Shown: in pieces, positions 16,167 through 25,467 of the stretch | Layout of the letters: each line of letters begins with the position of its first letter | Position numbering within the stretch: position 1 is the first letter of the stretch | Assembly (NCBI GenBank): GCA_947630095.1 | Contig: CANRGI010000001.1 | Coordinates: forward strand, 1-25,467 | Direction: 5' to 3' | Length of the DNA: 25,467 nucleotides | From: an uncultured Bacilli bacterium | GTDB taxonomy: Bacteria; Bacillota_I; Bacilli_A; RF39; UBA660 | The notes under the pieces: model-generated | The model's database searches: none | What the model was told of the DNA's origin: nothing | What the model saw: the letters and a program-made list of their open reading frames with translations, nothing else | Program-made: the position numbers and the translations under genes

Positions 16167-17282
16167 ATGAAAAAGAAACCAAAAAGCAATAAAGGAATAA
16201 TGGTAGTGTTAGTACTCCTTATTATTGCTTGTGTAGCCTGTGGTACTATAGGATATTTAGAAAGTACTAAACCAAAAGATACTAATGAAGGAGAAAATAA
16301 AGAAACAGACCCTAAGGACTTTAAAGTAACGTATAGATATTATTTAGATGGAGAAGAAATAGACGATATTGTTGAAAAAGAAACTTTAACATTAAATAAT
16401 AGTGAAGAATTTGAAGGAGATACTGAAGAAATATACGTATATAACTTTGATAGATATAGTTGCACTAATAACGTTACTGGTACTTGGAATGAAGAAGACT
16501 GGGAATTTACACCAGAATTAACAGCAAATTCTACTTGTAGATTATACTTTATTAAATCAGAACATACTGTTACATTTAAAGCAAATAATGGTATTCTTCC
16601 TAGTGGTCAAGTAGAAGAAAAGTTAGAAACTATAATAAATAAAGATAAAACAATAAATGTTAAACCAGCAGAAGGTTATAAATTTGAAAGTATAAGTTGT
16701 ACTAATAATGATATTAAAACTGAATATAATGAAGAAACTAATGATGTTACTGTATCAAATGTTACTAAAGATGGCGCTATATGTACAGTAGAATTTGGTT
16801 TAAAAGATTATAAAGTTGAAGTTACAGCACAATTTGGAAGTGTTGTTGAACCTAAAGACCAAACAGTTAAATATGGCGCTAATGTAGAATTTGAAGTAAG
16901 TCCATCAGAAAATTATGCTTTTGAAACAGTTACTTGTACTAATGACCAACACGGAACTTATGTAAATGGTAGACTTACAATATCAGGTGTAAGTAATGAT
17001 ACTGTTTGTACTGTAATATTTAGACCAGTAAAATACACTGTAACACTTAATGTAACAGGTGGTAAAATTAGTTCTGGATATTCTAGTCCACAAAGTGTAT
17101 CTGAAGGACAAAAAGCAACATTTGTAGTTGAACCTGACGAAGGATATAGTATGACAGGAGTTGTTCCAGAGTGTGGAGAAAATGTTAAGACAGAATTTCA
17201 AAGTGGTATATTAAATGTATATGATGTTACAAATAATATAACTTGTAATTTAAATCTTAAAAAGACAGAAACAACTGAATAA
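16167..17282 (+). CDS. Membrane-anchored extracellular protein with three ~70-aa beta-rich repeats (divergent InlB-B-repeat-like)
   Basis: N-terminal TM; repeats of the form (Y/H)xV...G......V..G....F.V.P.EGY.F..V.C.N...(V/I)..VT....C.V.F. Confidence 0.75.
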   Translation: MKKKPKSNKGIMVVLVLLIIACVACGTIGYLESTKPKDTNEGENKETDPKDFKVTYRYYLDGEEIDDIVEKETLTLNNSEEFEGDTEEIYVYNFDRYSCTNNVTGTWNEEDWEFTPELTANSTCRLYFIKSEHTVTFKANNGILPSGQVEEKLETIINKDKTINVKPAEGYKFESISCTNNDIKTEYNEETNDVTVSNVTKDGAICTVEFGLKDYKVEVTAQFGSVVEPKDQTVKYGANVEFEVSPSENYAFETVTCTNDQHGTYVNGRLTISGVSNDTVCTVIFRPVKYTVTLNVTGGKISSGYSSPQSVSEGQKATFVVEPDEGYSMTGVVPECGENVKTEFQSGILNVYDVTNNITCNLNLKKTETTE

Positions 17283-17289
17283 AAATTTT

Positions 17290-17324
17290 AAAGTAAATAG
17301 ATTAAATTCCTATTTACTTTTTTT
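17290..17324 (+). terminator. Intrinsic terminator
   Basis: AAAGTAAATAG-loop-CTATTTACTTT-TTTT. Confidence 0.75.
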
Positions 17325-17349
17325 ATACATATAATATATAATAAAAGTT

Positions 17350-18312
17350 ATGAAGTGGAAAATAGGAAATGTAGAAATTGAAAATCAAGTAGTATTTGCG
17401 CCTATGGCTGGAGTATCTAATATTAGTTATAGAACTATTATTAAAGAAATGGGTGCTGGTTTATTATACTCTGAAATGGTAAGTAGTATGGGTATAACTT
17501 ATAATTCACAAAAGACAATAGATTTAATAAATGAAAGTGAAAGACCTATAAGTATTCAAATATTTGGAAGTGATGTAAATTCTTTTGTAGAAAGTGCTAA
17601 ATATATAGAAAAAAATTTCCACCCTGATATAATAGATATCAATATGGGTTGTCCTGTACCTAAAGTTGCAGTTAAAAGTCAGGCTGGAAGTGCCCTTTTA
17701 AAGAATCCTGATAAAATAAAAGAAGTAGTAAGCGCTGTGGTTAAAGCAGTAAATATTCCTGTTACTGTTAAAATAAGAAGTGGTTGGAATACTATTAATG
17801 CAGTGGAAGTTGCTAAAAAAATAGAAGAAGCAGGTGCTAAAGCAATAGCAATACACGCTAGGACTAGGGCTCAAGGTTACTCAGGTAAAGCAGACTGGAA
17901 TATAATTAAAGAAGTTAAGGAAGCAGTAAATATTCCTGTAATAGGTAATGGAGATATTAAATCTTGTTTAGATGCTAAAAAGATGCTAGAAGAAACTAAT
18001 TGTGATGCTATTATGATAGGACGTGCTACTCTAGGTAACCCTTGGATAATAAAAGAATGTGTAGAATTTTTAGATACAGGCAAAAAAATAGAAGAACCTA
18101 CTAATAAAGAAAAAATAGATATGATTAAAAAACATTATGAATTATTAAAAAAATACTCTAATTCTAAAGTAGCGCTTTTAGAAATTAGAACACACGCTTT
18201 ATGGTATTTAAAAGGTATACCTAATATAAAAGAATATAAAGAAGCATTAGTTAAAACAAATACAGAAGCAGATTTTCAAAATGTCCTTGAACAAATATAT
18301 AACCACTTATAA
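17350..18312 (+). CDS. dusB: tRNA-dihydrouridine synthase B
   Basis: APMAGVS, QIFGSD, DINMGCP, TVKIRSGW, HARTRAQ, GNGDI, MIGRA. Confidence 0.95.
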   Translation: MKWKIGNVEIENQVVFAPMAGVSNISYRTIIKEMGAGLLYSEMVSSMGITYNSQKTIDLINESERPISIQIFGSDVNSFVESAKYIEKNFHPDIIDINMGCPVPKVAVKSQAGSALLKNPDKIKEVVSAVVKAVNIPVTVKIRSGWNTINAVEVAKKIEEAGAKAIAIHARTRAQGYSGKADWNIIKEVKEAVNIPVIGNGDIKSCLDAKKMLEETNCDAIMIGRATLGNPWIIKECVEFLDTGKKIEEPTNKEKIDMIKKHYELLKKYSNSKVALLEIRTHALWYLKGIPNIKEYKEALVKTNTEADFQNVLEQIYNHL

Positions 18313-18336
18313 TATAAATAGAAAGGAAAAAAGAAT

Positions 18337-18951
18337 ATGAATTTAAAGAAATTAACAATATCTAATTTAATATTTTTATTAAATAATCAAGATAAACAAA
18401 ATAAAGTTTATGAAGAATTAAAAAATAGATTTAATTTATACCCTATAACTCTTAATAAATTTATAGATAAAGAATTAAATATAATAAATGAAAGAGGTAA
18501 TGATTTAGAAAGTTATCTATTTAAACAAAACCCTACTTTACAAGAACTTATAGAATTATATTTTTCTTCTTTTAGTAAAGATACTTTATTATTTAGTGAA
18601 ACTCATTTAGTTAATTTAATAGACGATTTATATATAAATATAGATAAAGAACTAGATAGATTAGATAATAAGATTAGTACTAATACTGAAGCATTAATAA
18701 TAGTTAAAAATAAATTATTACTTAAAAAAGAAAAAATAAATAAAAATGATAATAAAAAATATTTATTAAAATATAGTAAAAATAATAATACTTTATTAAA
18801 AGATTTTTATATTAATTCTTTAATTAAATCTGACGATAGAAAACTTAAATTACAAAAATTAAAATTACTTAAAGAATACTTAGGGGGATATAAAATTAAT
18901 TATGAAACTGATAATATGAAAAAAATACTATCTAATATGAACTTATATTGA
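18337..18951 (+). CDS. Hypothetical protein (204 aa, K/N/L-rich)
   Basis: RBS GAAAGG, continuous frame, no motif. Confidence 0.65.
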   Translation: MNLKKLTISNLIFLLNNQDKQNKVYEELKNRFNLYPITLNKFIDKELNIINERGNDLESYLFKQNPTLQELIELYFSSFSKDTLLFSETHLVNLIDDLYINIDKELDRLDNKISTNTEALIIVKNKLLLKKEKINKNDNKKYLLKYSKNNNTLLKDFYINSLIKSDDRKLKLQKLKLLKEYLGGYKINYETDNMKKILSNMNLY

Positions 18952-18976
18952 CAAAAATAGTATTTTATTATAAAAT
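18948..18976 (+). promoter_or_regulatory. Promoter of the lysS leader
   Basis: TTGACA (18948-18953), 17 nt, TAAAAT (18971-18976). Confidence 0.8.
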
Positions 18977-18984
18977 TAACCCAT

Positions 18985-19177
18985 AAATCAATGAGAAGGA
19001 CAAGTAATAATAGAAACTGTTAATAGAAAGTTAGGAAGATGGAAACTAGCAATAAGCCTATTATGAATAAAAACCTTTGAGTGCTTTTAGTCGGTTGTGC
19101 CGTTATAACTAAATAAGTTACTAAATAAGGGTGGTACCGCGACCAATAATCGCCCCTTTGTTGAGTAACTTTTTTTG
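18985..19177 (+). promoter_or_regulatory. T-box riboswitch (Lys-specific by context and AAA in the specifier loop)
   Basis: T-box AAGGGTGGTACCGCG (19127-19141) with complementary CGCCCCTT (19151-19158); CCGTTA box; stem I with GA motifs and a GAATAAAAAC specifier loop (19065-19074). Confidence 0.9.
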
Positions 19178-19188
19178 AGGAGGAAAAT

Positions 19189-20658
19189 ATGAAACAATTA
19201 AGTGAACAAGAAATAATAAGGAGAGAAAAATTAAAGACTATAAGTGAAGTTACTAATCCATATCCAGAAAAATATGAGAGAACTCACGCTTTAAAAGAAG
19301 CAAGACTATTAAGCGACGATACTAAAGATGTCAGTATAGCAGGTAGAATTGTCTTTATGAGAAAGATGGGTAAACTTAGTTTTGTAAGGATAAGAGATTT
19401 AGAAGGAGATATGCAACTAGAAATAAAGATAGATGTTGTTGGAGAAGATAAATATTCATTTTTTAAATCTTCTTTTGATACAGGAGATTTTATAGGGGCT
19501 AAAGGAGAAATATTTACAACTCAAACTGGAGAAAAAACTCTTAGAGTTTATGAATTTACTTTTTTAGGTAAATCTTTAAGACCTTTACCTGAGAAGTTTC
19601 ACGGACTACAAGATACTGAACTTAAATATAGAGAACGTTTTACTGATTTAATTACTAATGAAAGTTCAAGAAATGTATTTTTAGGTAGAAGTAAATTATA
19701 TGCTTTTATTCATAAATATTTAAATGAACATGGTTTTTTAGAAGTAGAAACACCTATATTACAAACTGCTGTATGTGGGGCTAGTGCTCGTCCATTTTAT
19801 ACACATCATAATGCCCTAGATTTAGATTGTAATTTGCGCATCGCGCCTGAAACTTATTTAAAACAATGTATAGCAGCAGGTTTTGATAAAGTCTATGAAG
19901 TTGCTAAATGTTTTAGAAATGAAGGAATGGATACTGAACATTTACAAGAATTTACCCAAATTGAATGGTATGCTGCTTATTGGAATTATGAAGATAATAT
20001 TAAATTTTATACTAATTTTATTAAAGCACTTATTTTAGAATTAAAAGGAAGTACTACTATAGAATATCAAGGACATACTTTAGATTTTGGTAAAGATAAT
20101 TGGAATATGATTAATTACTGTGAAGAAATTAATAAAATATTAGGTTTTGATATTTTAGAGGTAAATGATGCAAATACTTTAAAAGAAAAAATAACTAATA
20201 CTAATTTATTTACTATGGCAGAATTAGAAGATTATAAATCAGTTAGTCAAATAATAGATTTTGTTTATAAAAAGAAAATACGTGAAAATATTATAGAACC
20301 AACTATAATCTATAACTACCCTGCCGTTTTAATTCCTCTTGCTAGAAGAAATGATAGTGACGAAAGGAGAATTGATGTATTCCAAGTAGTTGCCTGTGGT
20401 ACTGAACTTTGTAAAGCATATTCTGAATTAGTAAACCCAGAAATACAAAGACATAATTTTGAAGAACAATTAAAAGCAAAAGAACAAGGTGACGAAGAAA
20501 CTATGGAATTAGACGAAACTTTCTTAACTGCTATGGAACAAGGTATGCCGCCTATTTCTGGTTTAGGTTTTGGTATTGATAGATTAATGATGTTAATATA
20601 TGATATGCCTTCTATAAGAGATGTAGTATTGTTTCCTTTAATGAAACCATTAGATTAA
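19189..20658 (+). CDS. lysS: Lysyl-tRNA synthetase (class II)
   Basis: AGRI...R.MGKLSF, PLPEKFHGL, FLEVETPIL, CGASARPF.THHNAL, FRNEGMD..H..EFT, GMPPISGLGFGIDRL. Confidence 0.97.
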   Translation: MKQLSEQEIIRREKLKTISEVTNPYPEKYERTHALKEARLLSDDTKDVSIAGRIVFMRKMGKLSFVRIRDLEGDMQLEIKIDVVGEDKYSFFKSSFDTGDFIGAKGEIFTTQTGEKTLRVYEFTFLGKSLRPLPEKFHGLQDTELKYRERFTDLITNESSRNVFLGRSKLYAFIHKYLNEHGFLEVETPILQTAVCGASARPFYTHHNALDLDCNLRIAPETYLKQCIAAGFDKVYEVAKCFRNEGMDTEHLQEFTQIEWYAAYWNYEDNIKFYTNFIKALILELKGSTTIEYQGHTLDFGKDNWNMINYCEEINKILGFDILEVNDANTLKEKITNTNLFTMAELEDYKSVSQIIDFVYKKKIRENIIEPTIIYNYPAVLIPLARRNDSDERRIDVFQVVACGTELCKAYSELVNPEIQRHNFEEQLKAKEQGDEETMELDETFLTAMEQGMPPISGLGFGIDRLMMLIYDMPSIRDVVLFPLMKPLD

Positions 20659-20690
20659 AATTATCAAATTTTTGATAATTTTTTCTTTTT
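20657..20690 (+). terminator. lysS terminator
   Basis: AAAATTATCAAA-tt-TTTGATAATTTT followed by a T-rich run. Confidence 0.7.
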
Positions 20691-20797
20691 GTAACCATAT
20701 ATTATACCAAATTATATGAAGTTATTGTGAAAACTGCATAAAAACTTGTAAAACTTGACATAATTAGTGTATAATTGTGTTTAGGAGGTAATATATA

Positions 20798-22447
20798 ATG
20801 AAAAAGAACAAGACGTTCAAATTGATTGCAAGTGTTTTATCAGCACTATTGATAATCGCAGGTATAATTATACCTAATACACCTGGATTTATAATGTTAC
20901 TTTTTGGTTGGACTATTCTTTTTATATTAGGAATAATATACTGGATAAAACCATCTAAAAAAGATACTAAATTAAAATTATTAACTTTAATCTTTATGTA
21001 TCTAATAGCATTAAGTTGGGTAATACCTGCAACACAAATATCTAGTGGTACTAGTTTACAAGATTTAGGTCTATTAAGAGTATCAGTATTCGAGGCTATT
21101 GAATACCCTTACCTATCATTCCAATTCTTCTTACAACCACTTCTATACATCTTATTTGTAGGTGGTTTTTACGGAGTAATATCTGAAACTGGTAAATACA
21201 GGGCTATGCTAGATAAAATAGTAAAAATAATGAAAGGAAAAGAAACTATATTCATTATACTTTCTACATTAATTCTTACTATATTAAGTAGTGTATTCGG
21301 ACTAAGTGTAATGTTATTCTTTATCATACCACCTATATGTGGAGTTATCTTACTTATGGGTTATGACCGTATTACTGCATTTTTAGTAGGGTTTGTATCT
21401 ACTATGATAGGTGTTATAGGTAGTACTTATGCACCAACTATAGTTGGATATATAAATGACTCGACTGGAAGTAATTTTGAAACAGAGTTTTTCTCTAAAG
21501 TAATTTTATTACTTACAAGTTATGTAATATATTTAACATTTACATTAAAACACGCGAAAGACTGCAAAGAAAATAAACATAGTGAAGAAGAAAGTAAAGA
21601 AGAAAATGAAGAAAGAGAAGACGAAATATTACTTGTAGGTGAAAAGAAACAAAATAAAAAACCTTTCTGGCCTATTTTAGTAGTAATATTCTTAATTATA
21701 GCATTAACTAGTATTGGTACATTTGACTGGGCTGGAATATTTGATATTTCTTTCTTTGAAGATTTACATACTAATCTTTGGGAAACTGAAATATTTAATA
21801 ATACTATATTTAAGTTCTTACTTGATGGACAAGAAGGTATCGGAACTTGGTTCTTTAATGAACCTACAGTATTAGTATTACTTGGTACAATAATTTTAAG
21901 TAAAGTTTATAACTTAAAGTTCTCTCAAGCACTTAAATCATTTGGTAGAGGTGTTAAGAAAGTATTAAAACCTGCTTTCTTAGTTATCATTGCTTATTCA
22001 ATAGTAATATTAACTGCTTACCACCCTTATATAGTAACTATAACTGACTTTATGTTTAATACAGTTGCTGAGGGTATGTTAAATGGTCTAGGTAATATTG
22101 GTTTCTTAACTAATGTAATGGGAACAATATCAGATTTAACTTTTGCAATATTTACAAGTTTAAATACTGTATTAAGTACTATACTAAATATAGATATGCT
22201 TTATGTAGTTCAAGCAACAGTTCCTTATGTATCTTCATTTTATTCAGACGCGATTAACAATCTTGCAATCGTCACTCAATCTATGTATGGTTTAACTTTA
22301 TTATTCGCTCCTACTAGTAGTATGTTACTTTTAGGTCTTGAATATTTAGGTGTTCCATATAAAGAGTGGTTAAAATCAAGTTGGAAATTAATCCTTGAAT
22401 TACTTGCTATTATATTTATAATTATATTAGTAGTAATATTTATATAA
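20798..22447 (+). CDS. Multi-pass transporter, YfcC/DcuC-like (ArcD-type antiporter family possible)
   Basis: More than 10 TM helices; LSWVIPA, FILFVGGFYGV, LMGYD.ITA, QSMYGLTLLFAPTS..L...L.YL.V.YKEWLK motifs resemble YfcC family proteins; substrate unknown. Confidence 0.65.
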   Translation: MKKNKTFKLIASVLSALLIIAGIIIPNTPGFIMLLFGWTILFILGIIYWIKPSKKDTKLKLLTLIFMYLIALSWVIPATQISSGTSLQDLGLLRVSVFEAIEYPYLSFQFFLQPLLYILFVGGFYGVISETGKYRAMLDKIVKIMKGKETIFIILSTLILTILSSVFGLSVMLFFIIPPICGVILLMGYDRITAFLVGFVSTMIGVIGSTYAPTIVGYINDSTGSNFETEFFSKVILLLTSYVIYLTFTLKHAKDCKENKHSEEESKEENEEREDEILLVGEKKQNKKPFWPILVVIFLIIALTSIGTFDWAGIFDISFFEDLHTNLWETEIFNNTIFKFLLDGQEGIGTWFFNEPTVLVLLGTIILSKVYNLKFSQALKSFGRGVKKVLKPAFLVIIAYSIVILTAYHPYIVTITDFMFNTVAEGMLNGLGNIGFLTNVMGTISDLTFAIFTSLNTVLSTILNIDMLYVVQATVPYVSSFYSDAINNLAIVTQSMYGLTLLFAPTSSMLLLGLEYLGVPYKEWLKSSWKLILELLAIIFIIILVVIFI

Positions 22448-22451
22448 ACCT

Positions 22452-22478
22452 AAAGAGCAACAAAAATGCTCTTTTTTT
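22452..22478 (+). terminator. Intrinsic terminator
   Basis: AAAGAGCA-acaaaaa-TGCTCTTT-TTTT. Confidence 0.8.
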
Positions 22479-22532
22479 GTATATTTGTTTATTAAATCTC
22501 ACAATATATCATAGAATTAGAAAGAGGTGTTT

Positions 22533-24641
22533 ATGAACAAATATACTATAGAATTAAGGAAAATACTTAAAACAAGTGAAATAGAAGCAAAAGAAAATAA
22601 AGACGAACTAATAGGGACAGAACATATATTACTAAGTTTACTTAATACTAAAAATAGTTTAACTCCTACTCTAAATGAATTAGGAATAACTTATAATTTA
22701 GTTAAAAATGAAATACCTGTTGGAAATAATAATAAAGATTATGTATTTTATAAAAATGAATTTCTTAAAATATTAGAAGATATAATAATTAAAAAAAATG
22801 ATTTAGAAGAAGAAATAACTTTACCATCTTTAATTTATAAAATACTAGAAGATAAAGATACTAATGCTTATAAAATATTAAATAATCTAAATGTAGATAT
22901 AAATAAACTTAAAAAGAATATAAATTTAAAAAATAGTGAAAATAAAGTATTATTAATTAAAGAACTTGGTTCTAATTTAACTGAAGAAGCAAAAAATAAT
23001 GAATTAGATAAAGTTATTGGTAGAGATAAAGAAATAGAAAGAGTTATAGAAATACTTGCTAGAAAAAATAAAAATAATCCTATACTTATAGGTGATGCTG
23101 GAGTTGGAAAAACGGCTATTGTTGAAGAATTAGCAAGAAGAATAGTAAATGATAATGTACCACCATTTTTAAAAGGTAAAGAGATAATAAGTCTTAATTT
23201 AGCAAGTGTTATATCAGGTACTAAATATAGAGGAGAATTTGAAGAAAAATTAAGTAAAATAATTAAAGAATTAGAAACTTCTCCTAATTTAATAGTCTTT
23301 ATTGACGAAATACATACCTTAGTAGGTGCTGGAGGGGCTGAAGGCGCAATTGACGCATCTAACATATTAAAACCTGCACTTGCTAGAGGTAAAATTAAAT
23401 GTATAGGTGCAACTACTAATAACGAATTTAAAACTACTATAGAAAAAGATAAGGCTTTAGAAAGAAGATTTCAAAAAATTTATATTAATGAACCTAGTAG
23501 TGAAGAAACTAAATATATTTTAAAGAAAATAAAAAAAGATTATGAAAAATATCATAATGTAATAATTCCAGATAGTATATTAGATTTAACAATAAAATTA
23601 TCTAAAAAATATATTAAAGATAGATATGAACCTGATAAAAGTATAGATATTTTAGACGAGATGTGCGCTAGTGCGAGTATAATAGAAAAGAAAAATAATT
23701 ATAATAAATTAAAAAATAAAATAGATAATTTAAATAAAGAAAAAAATATATATTTAATTAGTAATGATTTTGTTAATGCTAGTATTACTAAAGAAAAAAT
23801 AAATGAATTAAATAAAAAAATAGAAAATATTAAAGTTGATAATAGAAATAAAGTAACTATAAATACTCTTAAAAAAGTATTAGAAACTAAAACTAATAGT
23901 ACTATATATGAATTAGAAGACTTGTCTTATTTAAAGAAATTAAATAGTTATTTAAAAAGCAAAGTAATCGGTCAAAATAACGCTATTGATAAATTAACAA
24001 GTATAACAGAATATTATACAAAGAATACTAGTAATAATCCTATATCTATTTTATTAAAAGGTAGTGTGGGTACTGGTAAAACTTATTTAATAGAAGAATA
24101 TGCTAAATATTTAAAATTAAATTTAATAAAGTTAGATATGAGTGATTTTACTAATGAAACAAGTGTGAATAAAATAATAGGCTCTCCTGCTGGATATGTA
24201 GGATATGACGAAAAAAATACTATTTTAGAAAAGATTAAAAACTTTCCTTTATCAATTATTTTAGTAGAAGATTATTTAATATCACATAATAAAGTGCAAA
24301 ATTTATTTAATAATATATTAGAAACAGGAGTGATTACATTATCTAATAATACTAAAATAGATTTATCTAATGCTTTATTTGTATTTAGCACTAAAGAAAC
24401 TAAAGAAAAAAATAATATAGGCTTTATAACTAATAATAAAGATACAGAGAATACTTTTACTTACACTATTACTTTAAATGATTTAAAAGAAGAAGATATA
24501 AGAAAGATAATAAAAAATAATAACAATTTAAGTAAGGAAGATATAGATAAGATTATATTAAAATCTAATTATAAAACTTTAGGGGCTAAAAAAATAAATA
24601 ATTTAATAAGAGAATTACATCAAAGTCTAGTTAATAATTAA
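22533..24641 (+). CDS. clpC: ClpC-like ATP-dependent Clp protease ATPase subunit with degenerate second AAA+ module
   Basis: Clp-N (GTEHILL); D1 IGRDKEIER, GDAGVGKT, FIDEIHT, ALERRFQ; D2 GSVGTGKT, GYVGY pore loop, IGF loop. Start ATG 22533 or GTG 22527. Confidence 0.8.
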   Translation: MNKYTIELRKILKTSEIEAKENKDELIGTEHILLSLLNTKNSLTPTLNELGITYNLVKNEIPVGNNNKDYVFYKNEFLKILEDIIIKKNDLEEEITLPSLIYKILEDKDTNAYKILNNLNVDINKLKKNINLKNSENKVLLIKELGSNLTEEAKNNELDKVIGRDKEIERVIEILARKNKNNPILIGDAGVGKTAIVEELARRIVNDNVPPFLKGKEIISLNLASVISGTKYRGEFEEKLSKIIKELETSPNLIVFIDEIHTLVGAGGAEGAIDASNILKPALARGKIKCIGATTNNEFKTTIEKDKALERRFQKIYINEPSSEETKYILKKIKKDYEKYHNVIIPDSILDLTIKLSKKYIKDRYEPDKSIDILDEMCASASIIEKKNNYNKLKNKIDNLNKEKNIYLISNDFVNASITKEKINELNKKIENIKVDNRNKVTINTLKKVLETKTNSTIYELEDLSYLKKLNSYLKSKVIGQNNAIDKLTSITEYYTKNTSNNPISILLKGSVGTGKTYLIEEYAKYLKLNLIKLDMSDFTNETSVNKIIGSPAGYVGYDEKNTILEKIKNFPLSIILVEDYLISHNKVQNLFNNILETGVITLSNNTKIDLSNALFVFSTKETKEKNNIGFITNNKDTENTFTYTITLNDLKEEDIRKIIKNNNNLSKEDIDKIILKSNYKTLGAKKINNLIRELHQSLVNN

Positions 24642-24647
24642 TATTTG

Positions 24648-24656
24648 TGATATAAT
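24648..24656 (+). promoter_or_regulatory. Extended -10 promoter element
   Basis: TGaTATAAT about 20 nt upstream of the next start codon. Confidence 0.5.
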
Positions 24657-24676
24657 GTACTTTAAGGAGAGTGAGT

Positions 24677-25046
24677 ATGGACAATTTAGGAATAATATTA
24701 ATTATAATAATACCTCTTATAGCACAATTTTATATATCTTATTCATATAGAAAATATAGTAATATTCAGTCTATTAATAAACAAACTGGATATGACATAG
24801 CGAGAAAAATATTAGATAGAAATGAACTTAATGATATGTTAATTGTTGAAACTAGAGGAACATTAACTGACCATTATGACCCTAAAAGAAAAGTAATTAG
24901 GCTTTCTAGTGATGTGTATCACGGTACTTCAGTTGCATCTATTGCAGTTGCTGCTCACGAAACTGGACACGCTATTCAAGATAAAGAAAGTTATATATTT
25001 TTAAAAATTAGAAGTATTATGTTTCCTTTAGTTAAATTATCTTCTC
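24677..25046 (+). pseudogene. YugP-like neutral zinc metallopeptidase, truncated at about residue 123
   Basis: LTDHYDP, LRLS-like IRLSSDVY, SVASIAVAAHETGHAIQD (HExxH). Family-like sequence stops after IMFPLVKLSS; the rest of the track ORF (to 25225) is the antisense of another gene. Confidence 0.75.
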
Positions 25047-25467
25047 CGTCACATAGAATTTCTTCTAAATTTTCTTGGTTTGAAAAAAAATCATTTGTTT
25101 TTGGAATTTCAATTTTAGGAGAATCATTTTCATCTAAATCTGTAAAAGTATTTGTAAACAATTGTTTCAATTCAGTTGTATTTTCTATTTTTTCTCCATC
25201 TTTACTTTTTTTAAATCCACATTGATAAAATTCATTTTCTTCTGCTGGTGAAACAATTTTTCTTCCAAAAAAATTAGTAGTTAAATTTGTTACCTGCTGT
25301 TTGTATTCATCTTCCGTTTTATAACTTTCAACATAATAATAATAATTTAATGGTATTCCTGTTGATATTAGTTTAACTTTTTCATTATTTATATCAACTG
25401 ATAGCACTCTCCAACCAGTATAGTTACTTAATGGTGTGTTGGACTCTTCTTGTGTATCTTCATTCAT
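25047..25467 (-). CDS. Fragment of a hypothetical, probably surface/secreted protein; 5' end likely outside the window, 3' end cut at the junction
   Basis: Protein-like frame YTGWRVLSVD..KVKLISTGIP..; its last ~18 codons (24991-25046) are the antisense of the peptidase. Confidence 0.6.

Noticed and set aside
20720-20775. ArgR box or regulator site upstream of the YfcC-like transporter (AAAACTTG direct repeats at 20741 and 20750)
   Set aside because: Only a half match to an ARG box; the repeats overlap probable -35 elements in AT-rich DNA, and the TTGACA at 20755 is only 9 nt from TATAAT.
16983-23365. Minus-strand ORFs 16983-17201, 17877-18083, 22868-23365
   Set aside because: Antisense shadows of the repeat protein, dusB and clpC.
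1-25467. tRNA, rRNA, IS elements, prophage genes
   Set aside because: None recognised anywhere in the window.

Overview
Very AT-rich chromosomal window (roughly a quarter GC, estimated by eye) from a Bacillota genome using code 11. The gene style resembles uncultured gut Bacilli such as RF39, which is inference only. The housekeeping backbone comprises an NrtR-like regulator, desulfoferrodoxin, SNF2 helicase, a lipid cluster (PAP2-like, psd, DAG kinase family), htrA, rplM-rpsI, dusB, a T-box-led lysS, a YfcC-like transporter and a ClpC-like ATPase. The most interesting signals lie in DNA the ORF track does not explain. (1) A sortase-anchored surface protein gene is preceded by promoter, RBS, a 30-aa leader ORF containing a G8 tract, and a terminator hairpin, so tract length decides where the leader ribosome stops relative to the terminator (candidate phase-variable attenuator). 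(2) A small accessory patch at about 1.4-3.05 kb holds tandem XRE paralogs, a candidate sRNA plus 28-aa membrane peptide (type I TA-like), and two diverged repeats of a 'C-terminal gene remnant + coupled ~60-aa gene + conserved hairpin' module resembling orphan toxin/immunity cassettes. The window ends in a junction that truncates a YugP-like peptidase (rearrangement or misassembly). All calls come from manual reading; no searches were run.
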